Shown here: positions 47,860 through 59,588 of the stretch, piece by piece
How positions within the stretch are numbered: position 1 is the stretch's first letter
How the letters are laid out: each line of letters begins with the position of its first letter
Assembly: GCF_964194155.1 (NCBI RefSeq)
Contig: NC_135901.1
Span: 33,914,001-33,978,000 of the forward strand
Reading direction: 5' to 3'
Length of the DNA stretch: 64,000 bases
Source: Cetorhinus maximus
Taxonomy: Eukaryota
The notes under the pieces: generated by a model
What the model saw: the letters and a program-made list of their open reading frames with translations, nothing else
Databases searched by the model: none
Told to the model about the DNA's origin: nothing
Made by a program: the position numbers and the translations under genes

Positions 47860-49625
47860 AAATTAATGGCACTTAAATGTATGCAGGATTTGTAGCAGGA
47901 TGGATGAATTCACAACAATTAGAAAAAATGACTATGATATGATAGATATTGGAGTAATAGAGTGTGAAAGTGACCACAGCTAAGGGATGAAAAATCAAGG
48001 CCACTTGACATTTTGGAAGGAAAGAACAGGAGGTGGAGTAGCTCTGTTAATAAAGGATGAGACCAGGACAGCAGAGAGAAATGATCTTGGTCTGGATGAG
48101 CAAAATGTAACATCAGCTTAGGTGGAGACAAGAAATTGCAAATAAGACACTGATGGAAGTGGTTATAGGCCCTTGACTGTATCTGCAATGTCGGACAGAG
48201 TATAAATCAATAAATAATGGGGGCTTGTTATAAAGGTGCTGCAATAATCATGGGAGATCTTAATTTGAATTGGACCAATAACATTGGATGAGTTCATAGA
48301 GTGTATTCGGTACTGTTTCTTAGAATAATATCTTCTGAACTAACTTGGGAACGGGATGTTTTAGACCTGATAATGTGTGATGGGACATAATAATATGGGA
48401 TCCCCTAGATCAGAGTGATCATAACATAATGGAATTTCACAATCACTTTGAGGGTGAGATTTGTGGGTCGTAAACTTGTGGGCAATTACAAGGGCATGAA
48501 GACACAGTTGGCTCAAGTGGATTGGTAAAATATGTTAGAAGGTAAGACAGTGGAGAAATAGTGGCAAACATTTAAGGAAATATTTCATAATTAGCAAAAG
48601 ATATATTCCATTGAGAAAGAAAGACTCTATGTCATGAAGAGATATTAATGTATATAATGTTATTGGAAATTATTTAAAACTGGACTTGTAGTAGGGTCTT
48701 TGTGAGTGTGTGTGTCCTAATTAGGTTAAAGCCAGATAGTCTGGGTACTTTGATGTGTCGTAGTTTTGAGATGTTAATTGGGTGAACAATACATTAAAAG
48801 GTAAAGAGTACATTTGCATTTTGTTGAATAAACCATTCAAAGACTGGGGGTGAAATCTTGCACCTAACTAGGAGACCTAATTTTATATTACTGTTTATAT
48901 TACTAATAAAATTGGTACTATGAAAGGGGTTTTATTGTTAGGAGAGGTGGAGTTCAAAGGGCCTGGTGATACGATGAGAATTTGCATTCAAAGAGAAGGC
49001 TAGGCATATACAGAAGAGTTTTGTGTGAGGAAGTGAGAGGCATGAAAGATCTAATCCTGTAAGCCTACAACTGTGTTTGCAAAGGACCAAATTCATCAGG
49101 TAAAATGTGCTTTGCCCGGTGTCTGTTTAAGTCTATGGGTTATTGTTGCCTTGGGGAAGATTACCTGGGAGTGGTTAATTTGAGGATGTTTAAAAGTTAT
49201 TATGGTGGTAAGTTGTAGATGTGTTTAATTTCTTATTAAAATTAATAAATGTTTAATTTAATTTATATAAAACACCTCTGAAGATCTGGTGGTTTCATTT
49301 CTAAATTCAGAGCTCAAACATACCAATTGAAAATATAGGCTATGACAGTTATTTAAAGTTTCCCTCTGGGATTTTAAATAACTCAGCCTTCACCAACTGC
49401 TGGGTCATAACAATCTACAAGAAGGATGCACCATCCATGGCTAACTAAAGAAGTTAAAGGTATTGAAAGAAAAGATCCTCAATGCTGTAAAGATTAGTGG
49501 TAGCCCAGAGGATTAGGAAAATTTTAGTAACCAGCAAAGGGTGACTAGAAAAATGATAAAGAGAGAGAAATTGGAATACCAGAGGAAAATTAGTAAGAAA
49601 TATAAACACAGACAGTAAAAGCTTC
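47860..49625 (+). mobile_element. Decayed CR1 endonuclease region, interrupted by a solo LTR
   Basis: Remnants of YRP, IIMGDLN, LDLIMC and SDHNIMEF coding. The sequence resumes after 49417. Confidence 0.7.
48630..49412 (+). mobile_element. Solo LTR
   Basis: TGTCATGA...TCATAACA termini, flanks ctcta/atcta (5-bp TSD, 1 mismatch), AATAAA at about 49244. Homologous to 4404-5232. Confidence 0.8.
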
Positions 49626-49627
49626 CA

Positions 49628-49757
49628 CAAGAAGAGTCATACAGACTCGAGATGTTGACTCTGTTTACCTCGCCACAGATGCTGCCAGACCTGCTGAGTT
49701 TTTCCAGCATTTTATGTTTTTATTTCAGATTTCCAGCATCCACAATATTTTGCGTTC
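49628..49757 (+). mobile_element. Penelope pLTR fragment with a decayed hammerhead
   Basis: agaagagtcatacagactcgagatgttgactc...gatgctgccagacctgctgagtttttccagc. Confidence 0.8.
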
Positions 49758-49989
49758 AAATTTTTTAGTTTTATTCTTCTTCAGTTTGAAGAAAGAACAA
49801 AAATAAGAAAACATTTGGGCAAAGCTGAGAAAAATACCAGAGGAATTGGAAGAACAAAGATTGAAATGGGATTATGTTCATCCTTGTTCTGAAAGTGAAG
49901 TTACATAAAGTTGACACAATTGTACACATTTGAGAATATTTCTTCAGCCCCTTTTCAAGCAAGCAGAGAAGCTAACCCTTTCCAATCAC

Positions 49990-51390
49990 AGCATGGTGAC
50001 AATTTGAATGAAAGACTTTGCTTTTTAAATATTTTGCTTCATCCCATTTGCTATATTTCAAGACAAACCGTCTGAGAACAGGAAGTGTGGGAGTTATCTC
50101 CAAACTGATTGCAAAAATCTGTACTTCTGTCTCTGATCTATAAACAACATATTATGTGAGTATTAAATGGAATAGTAAAGCTCGCCCAGCACTCCTGAAT
50201 AAGATAGAATAGTAATTAATGGAATGGCGTATTCAGAATTAAAGGTAGAGAAAATGACACCACCGATTGGGAAACTGAATAACTCAGCTGGGTATAGTTC
50301 AATGGAATAATTCAGTTTGATACACATGTACATCCTAGTCAAAGTCAGGAAAGTGTAGATGAGACAAGTAAATTGTGGATTTATTTTGGTGATGTTTGTG
50401 TTCTTGCCCCTGTACTTAGGAAACAAAACTGATCTTAATAGTCTGGCCACTATCCAAGGCATCAAAACCATGCAGGGGTAGATAAGCAAAAATCTTAAAG
50501 CAAGAAACCCCTTTGACATTTTGATATCACCTAGTGACTTGCATAAGTTGGCACATGCAGCATGGAATTGGGATACTGGCGTGAGTGTGCAGATGTGATC
50601 TGTTATGAGTGGTGTAATTAACGTGTATAAATGCATGGTGACCCTGCACTGAAGAACAGATCCCAGACATGCTCAATTACTTGACAACAGAAGAATATGA
50701 AGTGATTATTGTGGAAAATTGAATGAGGCAACATTTTAATTCATCAAGATGTTGACACATACTCCATAGAGAAACTGACTTTCAAACATTCAGGATAGAA
50801 TTAAACACACTGATATCTAACAGAGAGGGTAAAATTAATGCGAAGAGAAATAGAATCTGGATTTAGAAAATATTCACGAGGTGGATGCAGGTGAACAGAG
50901 AGCTGGAGAATCTTTAAAGTCCGTGCATGAACTTCTGATTGAATCAGATATATTTACAACACGTCAATAATTTTGAATTGTGTGAGATGATCGGCAGATG
51001 GGAAAGATTAATCCAAATCGATAGTTATCACATTTTAGTGGAAAGGATTTGATATTTATTCTTGGTAGCACCTCAAGGGTTTGAGTTTGTGATTCTGATC
51101 TTTCTAGTAGCTTTAGTGTGTTATCTACAGTTTGTCATCAAGAAATTAAGAAAACAAACTCGTAGCTTAGAAATAGTGAGGTTAGTCAGAAATCAGTTGT
51201 GAGATGTCAATAAGAATATTTCCTTCTCAAGATTGGGAGATCTGTGAGAAATCACTGTCCAATAACTTTATAAAATATTCTGAAATGTATTGAATATTAT
51301 AGAAATAACTCCCTCTCTCTCTCTCTCTTTCTCTCTCTGTGTCTTGCTTAGGAAGAAAGATTCCTGGCTTGACAAAAATAGGACAACATG
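49990..51390 (+). mobile_element. Decayed env-like gene and start of the LTR of the ERV-like family seen at 23216-25075
   Basis: 50860-51270 matches 24160-24565. The frame ends FVILIFLVALVCYLQFVIKKLRKQTR (TM plus basic tail). The 5' boundary is uncertain. Confidence 0.55.
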
Positions 51391-51439
51391 TCCCAATGTT
51401 ACCTCATAAGGATGGACTTGGTAGTTACAGAATGGATTT

Positions 51440-52115
51440 GTAATAGTGAATGAAGACAATGGTTTTGATCTTGCCAATTCTAAAAAGGAACAAATATCTG
51501 CTCACCCAGTACTGGATGTGGGATAAGCAGTTTGATAATTTAGGGACAGTGGAGGAATGGAGAGGGATGGTGGTGAGGTGGAGCTGAGAATTGTCAGTGT
51601 ACATGTGAAAACTAACATGGTGCTTTTGGATGATGTTGCCTAGTGGCAGCGTGTAGATGAGGAGTAGGAGGGGCTAAGGATAGATCCTTCTTTTAGGATG
51701 GGTCAGGATGGTGGATTTAAAGGTGACAGCGACATTACCAGAAGGGAAAGCAAGAAAAGTCTGAAAATTATCAGCTAACATGGAGAAGTTGGATGGTCAG
51801 CAGTTTAGTGGGAATAGGGTCATCGGAGCAGAAGGTTTTTCTCATGGACAAGATGAGCACTGAGAGGGCATGAGAGGAGATTGAAGAGAAACTGGAGAAA
51901 GATGAGAGTTCAGAGCTTGGACATGGAGCATCTTCACAGAAAGTTGGGCTAGTGGGCCAGTGGAAGGGAGGGATGCAGCAGAGGCAGCTGATTGGATTGT
52001 CTCAATCTTAGTGACAAAGAAGCTCCATGAGCTCCTTGCACTTGCTGTTGGAAGTGAGGTTGGAGGAGACTGGAGAGGGAGAGCATTTCAAAAGGAACTA
52101 ACTTCCATGGAGATA
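51440..52115 (-). mobile_element. L2 fragment (paralog of 27300-27535 plus 28380-28790)
   Basis: Direct sequence similarity; this copy lacks the nested CR1. Confidence 0.75.
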
Positions 52116-52289
52116 TTAAAAAGACTTGACACATTGTGTGTTTTACACAAAGCTGATTTATTTGACATTTATCCAGAGTATAACTGGTTTATTAACTTCA
52201 GCAGAAACAGACCCCAATTAAGATGGTTCAGTCCCAAATGTGATTGACAGCAAAATTCAAGCATTGTAGTTACTGTAGTGAACTCAAGT

Positions 52290-52448
52290 TAATGTTTTGA
52301 CTCTGTGTGACTCTTCTGAAGAGGAGGAGTCACACGGGCTCAAAACTTAACTCAGTTTCTCTCTCCACAGATGCTGCCTGTGATCTGAGTATTTCCAGCA
52401 TTTTCTGTTTTTATTTCAGATTTCCAGGATCTGCAGTATTTTGTCTTT
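52290..52448 (+). mobile_element. Penelope pLTR fragment (decayed hammerhead) at the ZNF stop region
   Basis: ctgaagaggaggagtcacacgggctcaaaac..ctctccacagatgctg..ttcagatttcc. Confidence 0.75.
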
Positions 52449-52900
52449 ATACTTGTGAACTTGTTGGTGTATCAGCAGTATGAATGAACCACAAAATCCC
52501 TTCCCACACTCGGAGCGTGAGAACAGTGTACTGTGAATTCACTGGTGTACTGTGAGGTCAGAGGATTGCCTGAACCCAGACCCACAGTGAGAGCACCTCA
52601 ATGGTCTTTCGTCAGTGCAAACACGTTGATGGAGCATCAGTTCCCTGAAACATTTCTAGGACTTCGCGCAGTCTGGGCATTTAAAAAGCCTCATCGGTGT
52701 GAACTCGCTGGTGTGTCTGCGGATGGGACAACTGACTGAATCCCTTTCCACACCCGGAGCAGATGAACAGTCTCTCGTCAATGTGAATACGTTGATGAGA
52801 TATCAGTTCCCAATGCCTTTTAAAGCACTTCTCATACTCTGGGCATTAAAAAAGTCTATCCCCAGTGTGAATTCACTTTGTTTCAGCAGGTCAGTCGGGG
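52449..52900 (-). pseudogene. Degenerate ZNF pseudogene (type B), 5' part deleted
   Basis: Minus-strand finger motifs (FKCPDC, HTDERP-like) with lesions. It abuts the leader exon at 52908. Confidence 0.8.
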
Positions 52901-53039
52901 ACAGAAATTAAGAGATAAACATTTCTCTCGGTTTGAGTTTGCTGTGTGTAAATCCTCCCCTTGTAAAAAGGAGTTTCCAAACATCCGGTGTAAACTGGGC
53001 TCCAGGAGTTTCTAATCCGGGTTTGGAGTCCTGCATCGG

Positions 53040-53481
53040 GTGTTTGTGAACACTGTCAGCCCACTTTCCGGCTCTATTCCTCTCCTGCACTCGGCCCTTT
53101 CTCATCCCACTGGACTGTCAAACCCGACCGCCTTCATCCTGATCCAGCAGACGCACTGCGCAGGCTTCCCTTCCAACCGGGCGCCGCCCCCTCATTCACT
53201 GCGATTGGCTAGAGGACCCCACGGCTCTGTCCTCCAGCCCCGCCCCCTCTTCCTATTGGTCCCGAGCTGCCGTCAATCATTGTGAGCTGGGGCATGCACA
53301 GTCCGTGGAGACAGACGGGAAGAGAGCGGATTTAAAATGCGGATTTTGCAAAGACCGAGTCCGGATTCAGAGCCGAAAATAAACTCGCGAATGTAAGTAT
53401 GGCCGGCGGGTGAGTTGTTAGTCTTCAGAAAGTCACGGTTTCGGCCCCAAACCCTCAATAAGGAGACATCGCCTTTGCACT
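53040..53481. promoter_or_regulatory. CpG-island bidirectional promoter, left part
   Basis: Reverse-complement paralog of 11140-11620. ATTGG boxes at about 53204 and 53255, GC boxes. Confidence 0.72.
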
Positions 53482-54977
53482 AAGATAAAAGCAAAATTAC
53501 TGCGGATGCTGGAAATCTGAAACAAAAACAAAAATAGCTGGAAAAACTCAGCAGGTCTGAAAGCATCTGCGGAGAGGGACACAGTCAACATTTCGAGTCC
53601 GTATGACTCTTCATCAGAACTAGAAAGGGAAATGAGGTGAAATATAAGTTGGTTATGGGGGGGAGGTGGGACAGGTGGAGCTGGATAGAGGGCCAGTGAT
53701 AGGTGGCGGCAAAGAAGAGATTGCCAAAGATGTCATTGACAAAAGGACGAAGGGATGTTGGCGGTGGTGATATTTGCTAAAGCTTGTGCTAATGGTGAAA
53801 TATGGCTGTGAAAGCGAGTTTTAGTAAACACCTTGTCAAACACCAGGAGAGAAATGGAAAGCAAAGAAGGTGAACAGGGCAAAAGAGACAAGCAGACATC
53901 CTGTCGGAGAGAAGAGCAGTACTTCTTCAAGGTAGGCACTCCTGGGAGAGTAGTGGCAGTCAATTAAACACTTAAGAGAAAAGCAAAATACTGCGGAAGC
54001 TGGAAATCTGAAACAAAAACAAAAATAGCTGGAAAAACTCAGCAGATCTGACAGCATCTGCCGAGAGGAATGCAGTTAACGTTTCAAGCCCATATCACTC
54101 TTCATCAGAACTAAGGAAAGATAGAAATGAGGTGAAATATCAGCTGGTTTAAGGGGTGGTGGGACAGGTGGAGCTGGATAGAGAGCCAGTGATAGGTGGC
54201 GGCAAAGAATATTTTCTTTTCCCACCTATTTCCATTATTTTTAAATGTATTTCCATCCATTGTTTTATCTCCACCTTTTAGCCTATTTCGATCCCTTCCT
54301 CCCCGCCACCCCAACTAGGGCCATCTGTCACTTGTTCATCCTTTCTACCCTTAATGTCACCATTAGCTAATATCACCACCTGTCCCACCCACTTAAACAG
54401 CTTATATTTCACCTCATTTCTATTTTGAGTCCATATGACTCTTCATCAGAACTAAGGAAATAGAGAAATGAGGTGAAATATAAGCTGGTAGAAGGGGGGG
54501 CGGGGGTGGAACAGGTAGCGCTGGATAGGGGGCCAGTGATAGGTGAAGGCAAAGGAGAGATTGCCAAAGGTGTCATAGACAAAAGGACAAAGGGGTGTTG
54601 ACGGTGGTGATATTATCTAAAGGATGTGCTAATGGTGACATTAAGGGTAGAAAGCAGGACGAGCAAGGTACAGATAGCCCTAGTGGGGGTGGGGGGGGGG
54701 AAGGGATCGTAAAAGGCGGAGATAAAACAATGGATGGAAATACATTTAAAAATAATGGAAATAGGTGGGAAAAGAAAATATTCTTTGCTGCCACCTATCA
54801 CTGACCCTCTATCCGGCTCCACCTGTCCCACCCCCCCTTAAACCAGCTGATATTTCACCTCATTTCTATTTCTCCTTAGTTCTGATGAAGGGTCATACGG
54901 ACTCGAAACGTTAACTGTTTCCTCTCCGCAGATGCTGTCAGACCTGCTGAGTTTTTCTAGCTATTTTTATTTTTGTT
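53482..54977. mobile_element. Rearranged Penelope-like element: tandem and inverted pLTRs, ORF 5' fragment, 4 hammerhead copies, 13-bp TSD
   Basis: TSD tcgcctttgcact at 53469-53481 and 54978-54990. Hammerhead motifs at 53583-53621 (-), 54074-54112 (-), about 54424-54453 (-, partial) and 54878-54916 (+). Confidence 0.88.
54878..54916 (+). ncRNA. Minimal type-I hammerhead ribozyme motif (intact)
   Basis: agtt-CTGATGA-a-GGGTC-atacg-GACTC-GAA-ACGT-T-aact. Confidence 0.82.
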
Positions 54978-55032
54978 TCGCCTTTGCACTTGTTCTGGAG
55001 AAAAGGCCCGAGTTAACAGCCTATGTGGAGTA

Positions 55033-55276
55033 ATGCGCATGCGCAGCACCCATCTTTTTGGCCGCAATGTCGAGATGGGCGCATGCGTGATCTCCATCTT
55101 TATAGCCGCAATGTCGAGATGGGCGCATGCGCGACCTCCATTTTGAAAGCCGCAATGTCGGGATGGGCGCGTGCGCGATCTCCATCTTTATCACCGTAAT
55201 GTCGAGACGGGCGCATGCGCGATCTCCATCTTAAAAGCCGCAATATCGAGATGGGCGCATGCGCGACCGCCATCCT
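55033..55276. repeat. 44-bp tandem repeat (about 5.5 copies), each with NRF1 and YY1-like sites; right part of the promoter
   Basis: Unit gccgcaatgtcgagatggGCGCATGCGCgatctCCATCTT..., starts at 55061 and 55105. Confidence 0.9.
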
Positions 55277-55379
55277 CACGGGGACAATGAACAACAGGGT
55301 CCGAGGGAGACACTCGTAAAATGTGTGTTCAGCGGGAGTTTAAGATCAGCAACAAGAGAATTGTAAACCCATAGTCACT

Positions 55380-55806
55380 CAGTAGTACAGAATTTAAGTA
55401 ATGCTGAAAAGAGACATGCTGTTTAAGCTTTTCCTGTTGCACTCATCCGGACGGATGCAAGAAAACCAAATTTCAAAGCAAACAACAATTTATACTGCAT
55501 GAGGAAAGGGCAATGACTGGTTGGCCAGTCGACTCTGATTGATCAAGGCGTCGGCATGGAGAATTCACCAGGGAGCCATCATCCTCCCCATGCTTTTGTT
55601 TATTTCAAAAATATTGCCATGCCTGGCCATGATTCTTCTACCTGCACAGGACAGGTCCCCATGGATGAGTGTATGTAGCATCTGGCAAGTGTAAGTGAGC
55701 CACATTATGAACCTGACTGATACTCTTTGAAATTTGGTGTTGCGTCCTGGTGATTACAGGATGAAAAGTTTTGACAGAATGTCTCTTTTATCAGCAATAC
55801 TCAAGT
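55380..55806. mobile_element. Inverted-end element with decayed family-2 hammerheads
   Basis: Motifs at 55420-55453 (-) and 55743-55776 (+). Same L2 junction as 10400-10765 in reverse. Confidence 0.6.
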
Positions 55807-56470
55807 GTCTTAAAGGAGGAAAGTGTGGTAGACAGCGGGAGAGGTGCAGGGAGAGACTTTCAGAGTTTGGGCGAGGTCACCAATGTTGGTGCGATTAAAA
55901 TGGATGATGCACAAGAATCCAGAATTAGAGCAGTGCAAATAACTCATAGGGTTCTGAGGCTGGAGGCAATTGCTGAGATAAGGGATGGGCGAGGCCTTGG
56001 AGCGATTTGAAAACAAGGATGAGAATTTTAAAATCAAGTTGCCGCTCAACTGGGAGCCAAGGCAGGTCAGGAAGCAGATGGGTGATAGTGGAACAGGACT
56101 TGCTAGGAATGAAGACATGGACAGCAGATCTTTGGATGGCTTCAGGTTTATAGAGGGTAAAATGTGAGAAACTAGCAAGGAATGTGTTGCAGTAGTCGAG
56201 TCTGGAGGCAACAACAGCAGGGATGAGCAGCAGATGCACTTAGATGGGTGAGGTCGGGTGATGTTACGGAGGTGGAAACAGGCCATCTTAGTGATGGCAC
56301 AGATTTGAGGTCAGAAGCTTATCTCGAGATCAAATGTAACACTGAGGTTGTGAACACAGTGGCTTAATCTCGGCCTGTTCCCAGGAAGAAGGATGGAATT
56401 GGTATCTCGGAAATGGAGATTGGAGCAGGGACTGAAAACAGTGTCATCGGTCTTCTCAGTGTTTAATTGG
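55807..56470 (-). mobile_element. L2 fragment
   Basis: SRLDYCN..DLPWLPV..DFKIL (ORF 55925-56239). Confidence 0.8.
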
Positions 56471-57324
56471 AGTTAATTAGTCATCAGAAAGAGAAGCAGT
56501 AACCAGAATGGGCCATGAGACTGATCTCAGGTTTAACTTAGTTAGAGAGGGAGAGAAGGAAGGAAGGAAACCCTGGGAGGCTTGGAGAAACCACCTCCAT
56601 GATCGCTCATTAAATTTCCACACAGGAAGTTTTGGACGCAAGGTTAACGTCTGCCAATCTGTATGGTCGGTCAGGGGGTTTCAGATTAATGTTTTGTCAC
56701 GAGTAATGGCTGAAGAGAATGATCAAACATATTGTCACCTCCAGTTGTCAAAATTTGTTAAAAAGATACATAAAGAATTGTCCAAAACTCTGTTTGGATT
56801 TCAGCACAGGGAGGAGGGAGAGTGTGTGGGGCGGGGATTTGCAGCTTTGGGGGAACAAGGGAAGAAAAAATGTACCACAGAAATTAGAATTTTCTGTTTT
56901 GAATTTCCATCCTGTTCTTACAGTACAGTGATGACTTTTGTAAACTCCTTTTACAGGGTCTTAGAAGGGGAGGATTTACAGACGCAGAACTCAAACCAAA
57001 CATCACATCAAGATTTGACAGAGTCACTCGATTCATCAGGACCTGAATGTCCTCATCTTTGAATCTGGGAGAAATGTTTGTCTGTTCTGTCTGTGGGGAA
57101 AGATTTCAAACATCAGTGTGACTGGAAAGGCACCGAGACACACACACACACACCTGAGTGAAAGTGTTTCCAGTGCACTGACTGTGGAAAGAGCTTCAAC
57201 CAGTTACACAGCCTGAAAAAAACATCACGCCGTTCACAGCAGGGAGAGACCGGACACGTGTTCTCTGTGTGGACGAGGCTTCAGCTGATCATCCCACCTG
57301 GAGAGACACAGGGACACCCGCACC

Positions 57325-59079
57325 ATGGAGAAACCATGGAAATGTGAGGACTGTGGGAAGGGATTCAATTACCCATCCCAGCTGGAAAAGCATCGACGCA
57401 GTCACACCAGGGAGAGGCCGTTCACCTGCTCCGAGTGTGGGAAGGGATTCACTCAGTCAGCCAACCTGCAAACACACCAGCGAATTCACCGTGAGGAGAA
57501 ACAGTTCACCTGCTCCGAGTGTGGGAAGGGATTCACTCAGTCAGCTGACCTGCTAACACACCAGCGGGTTCACACTGGGGAGAGACCGTTCACCTGCTCC
57601 GAGTGTGGGAAGGGATTCACTCAGTCAGCCAATCTGCGAACACACCAGCGAGTTCACACTGGGGAGAGGCCGTTCACCTGCACTGAGTGTGGGAAGGGAT
57701 TCACTCAGCTGTTCAGCCTGCTGAGACACCAGCGGGTTCACACTGGGGAGAGGCCGTTCACCTGCACCGAGTGTGGGAAGGGATTCACTCAGTCATCCGA
57801 CATGCTGAGACACCAGCGAGTTCACAGTGGGGACAGACCGTTCACCTGCTCTGAGTGTGGGAAGAGATTCACTCAGTCATCCCAACTGCTGAGACACCAG
57901 CGGTTTCACACGGGGGAGAGGCCGTTCACCTGCTCCAAGTGTGGGAAGGGATTCACTCAGCTGCCCAGCCTGCTGAGACACCAGCGGTTTCCAGCTTGTG
58001 AGAGACCATTCAGCTGCTCCGAGTGTGGGAAGGAATTCACTCACTCAGCCAACCTGCGTACACACCAGCGAATTCACACTGGGGAGAGACCATTCACCTG
58101 CTCCGAGTGTGGGAAGGGATTCACTCAGTCGTCCGACCTGCTGTGTCACCAGCGAGTTCACACCGGGGAGAGACCGTTCACCTGCTCCAAGTGTGGTAAG
58201 CAATTCACTCAGCTATCCAGCCTGCAGGTACACCAGCGGTTTCACACTGGGGAGAGGCTGTTCACCTGCTCCGAGTGTGGGAGGGGATTCACTCGGTCAT
58301 CCCACCTGCTGATACATCAGCGGTTTCACACTGGGGAGAGACCATTCACCTGCTCCAAATGTGGGAAGGGATTCGCTCAGTCAGCCAACCTGCGAGCACA
58401 CCAGCGAATTCACACTGGAGAAAGACCGTTCACCTGCTCTGAGTGTGGGAAGGGATTCACTCAGTCATCCCACCTGCGAACACACCAGCAAGTTCACACT
58501 GGAGAGAGGCTGTTCACCTGCTCCGAGTGTGGAAAGGGATTCACTCAGTCATCTGACCTGTTGAGACACCAGCGGTTTCACACTGGGGAGAGGCCGTTCA
58601 CCTGCTCTGAGTGTGGGAAGGGATTCACTCGGTCATCCCATCTGCTGAAACACCAGCGGGGTCACACTGGAGAGAGGCCGTTCACCTGCTCCGAGTGTGG
58701 GAAGGGATTCACTCAGTCATCTGACCTGCTGAAACACCAACGGGTTCACACTGGGGAGAGGCCGTTCACCTGCTCCGAGTGTGAGAAGGGGTTCACTCAG
58801 TCATCCGATCTGCTGAGACACCGACGGGTTCACACTGGGGAGAGGCCGTTCACCTGCTCCGAGTGTGGGAAGGGATTCACTCAGTCAGCCAACCTGCGAA
58901 CACACCAGCGGCTTCACACTGGAGAGAGACCGTTCACCTGCTCTGAGTGTGGGAAGGGATTCACTCAGTCTTCTGACCTGCTGAGACACCAGCAGGTTCA
59001 CGCTGAATCACAGAATCTCAAAATTGTTACGGTGCGGAAAGAGGCCATTCGGCCCATCGTGTCTGCAGGGGCTCTCTAA
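57325..59079 (+). CDS. C2H2 zinc-finger protein, 20 finger units, C-terminus read from an antisense CR1 tail
   Basis: Intact 584-aa ORF with 84-bp periodicity to about 59006, then [24 protein letters not shown]. Confidence 0.9.
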   Translation: MEKPWKCEDCGKGFNYPSQLEKHRRSHTRERPFTCSECGKGFTQSANLQTHQRIHREEKQFTCSECGKGFTQSADLLTHQRVHTGERPFTCSECGKGFTQSANLRTHQRVHTGERPFTCTECGKGFTQLFSLLRHQRVHTGERPFTCTECGKGFTQSSDMLRHQRVHSGDRPFTCSECGKRFTQSSQLLRHQRFHTGERPFTCSKCGKGFTQLPSLLRHQRFPACERPFSCSECGKEFTHSANLRTHQRIHTGERPFTCSECGKGFTQSSDLLCHQRVHTGERPFTCSKCGKQFTQLSSLQVHQRFHTGERLFTCSECGRGFTRSSHLLIHQRFHTGERPFTCSKCGKGFAQSANLRAHQRIHTGERPFTCSECGKGFTQSSHLRTHQQVHTGERLFTCSECGKGFTQSSDLLRHQRFHTGERPFTCSECGKGFTRSSHLLKHQRGHTGERPFTCSECGKGFTQSSDLLKHQRVHTGERPFTCSECEKGFTQSSDLLRHRRVHTGERPFTCSECGKGFTQSANLRTHQRLHTGERPFTCSECGKGFTQSSDLLRHQQVHAESQNLKIVTVRKEAIRPIVSAGAL

Positions 59080-59436
59080 ATGAGTATCATGACTTCGTGC
59101 CCTTCTCCTGCCTTTTCCTCTTACCCATGCACATAATTTCTATTCAAATAACCATCCAATGCCCTCTTGAAAGCCTCGATTGAACCTACCTCCACCACAC
59201 TTCCAGGCTGTGCATTCCAGACCTGAACCACTGGCTGTGTGAAAAAGTTTTTTCCCCGCATCACATTTGCTTCTTTTGCAAATCACTTCAAATCTGTTGC
59301 TTCTCCCTCTCGAACCCTTAATGAACGGGAACAGTTTCTCCCAATCTACTCTAACCAGCCCCCTCATGATTCTGAACACCTCCATCTAATCTCTTCTTAG
59401 CCTCCGCCTCCTCTCCCAGGAGAAAAATCTAACCTT
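59007..59436 (-). mobile_element. CR1 3' end (part of the tRNA-tRNA-CR1 chimeric insert)
   Basis: MEVFRIMRGLVRVDWEKLFP (59140-59385), gggccgaatggcc hairpin region and gattctgtgattc tail. Confidence 0.9.
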
Positions 59437-59497
59437 ACACTCCAGCGAGGATTGAACTTACAACCCCTGGTGTACAAGACCACTGAGCCATGGAACC
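59437..59497 (-). pseudogene. tRNA-Thr(TGT) pseudogene with an internal deletion of about 12 nt
   Basis: Minus strand ggttccatggctcagtggt[del]ctTGTacaccaggggttgtaagttcaatcctcgctggagtgt. Confidence 0.8.
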
Positions 59498-59516
59498 AAC
59501 TGGTGAAAAATCGTCA

Positions 59517-59588
59517 CTCCCTGACCAGGAATCAAACCCAGGCCGCAGCAGTGAAAGCACCGAATCCTAACCACCAGACCACCTAGGA
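59517..59588 (-). pseudogene. tRNA-Glu(TTC)-derived pseudogene
   Basis: 72 nt tcctaggtggtctggtggttaggattcggtgctTTCactgctgcggcctgggtttgattcctggtcagggag. It is CpG-decayed and the T-loop reads TTTGA. Confidence 0.9.

Noticed and set aside
50163-50636. 157-aa minus-strand ORF
   Set aside because: No motif; the coding-like signal in this region is on the plus strand (env-like remnant).
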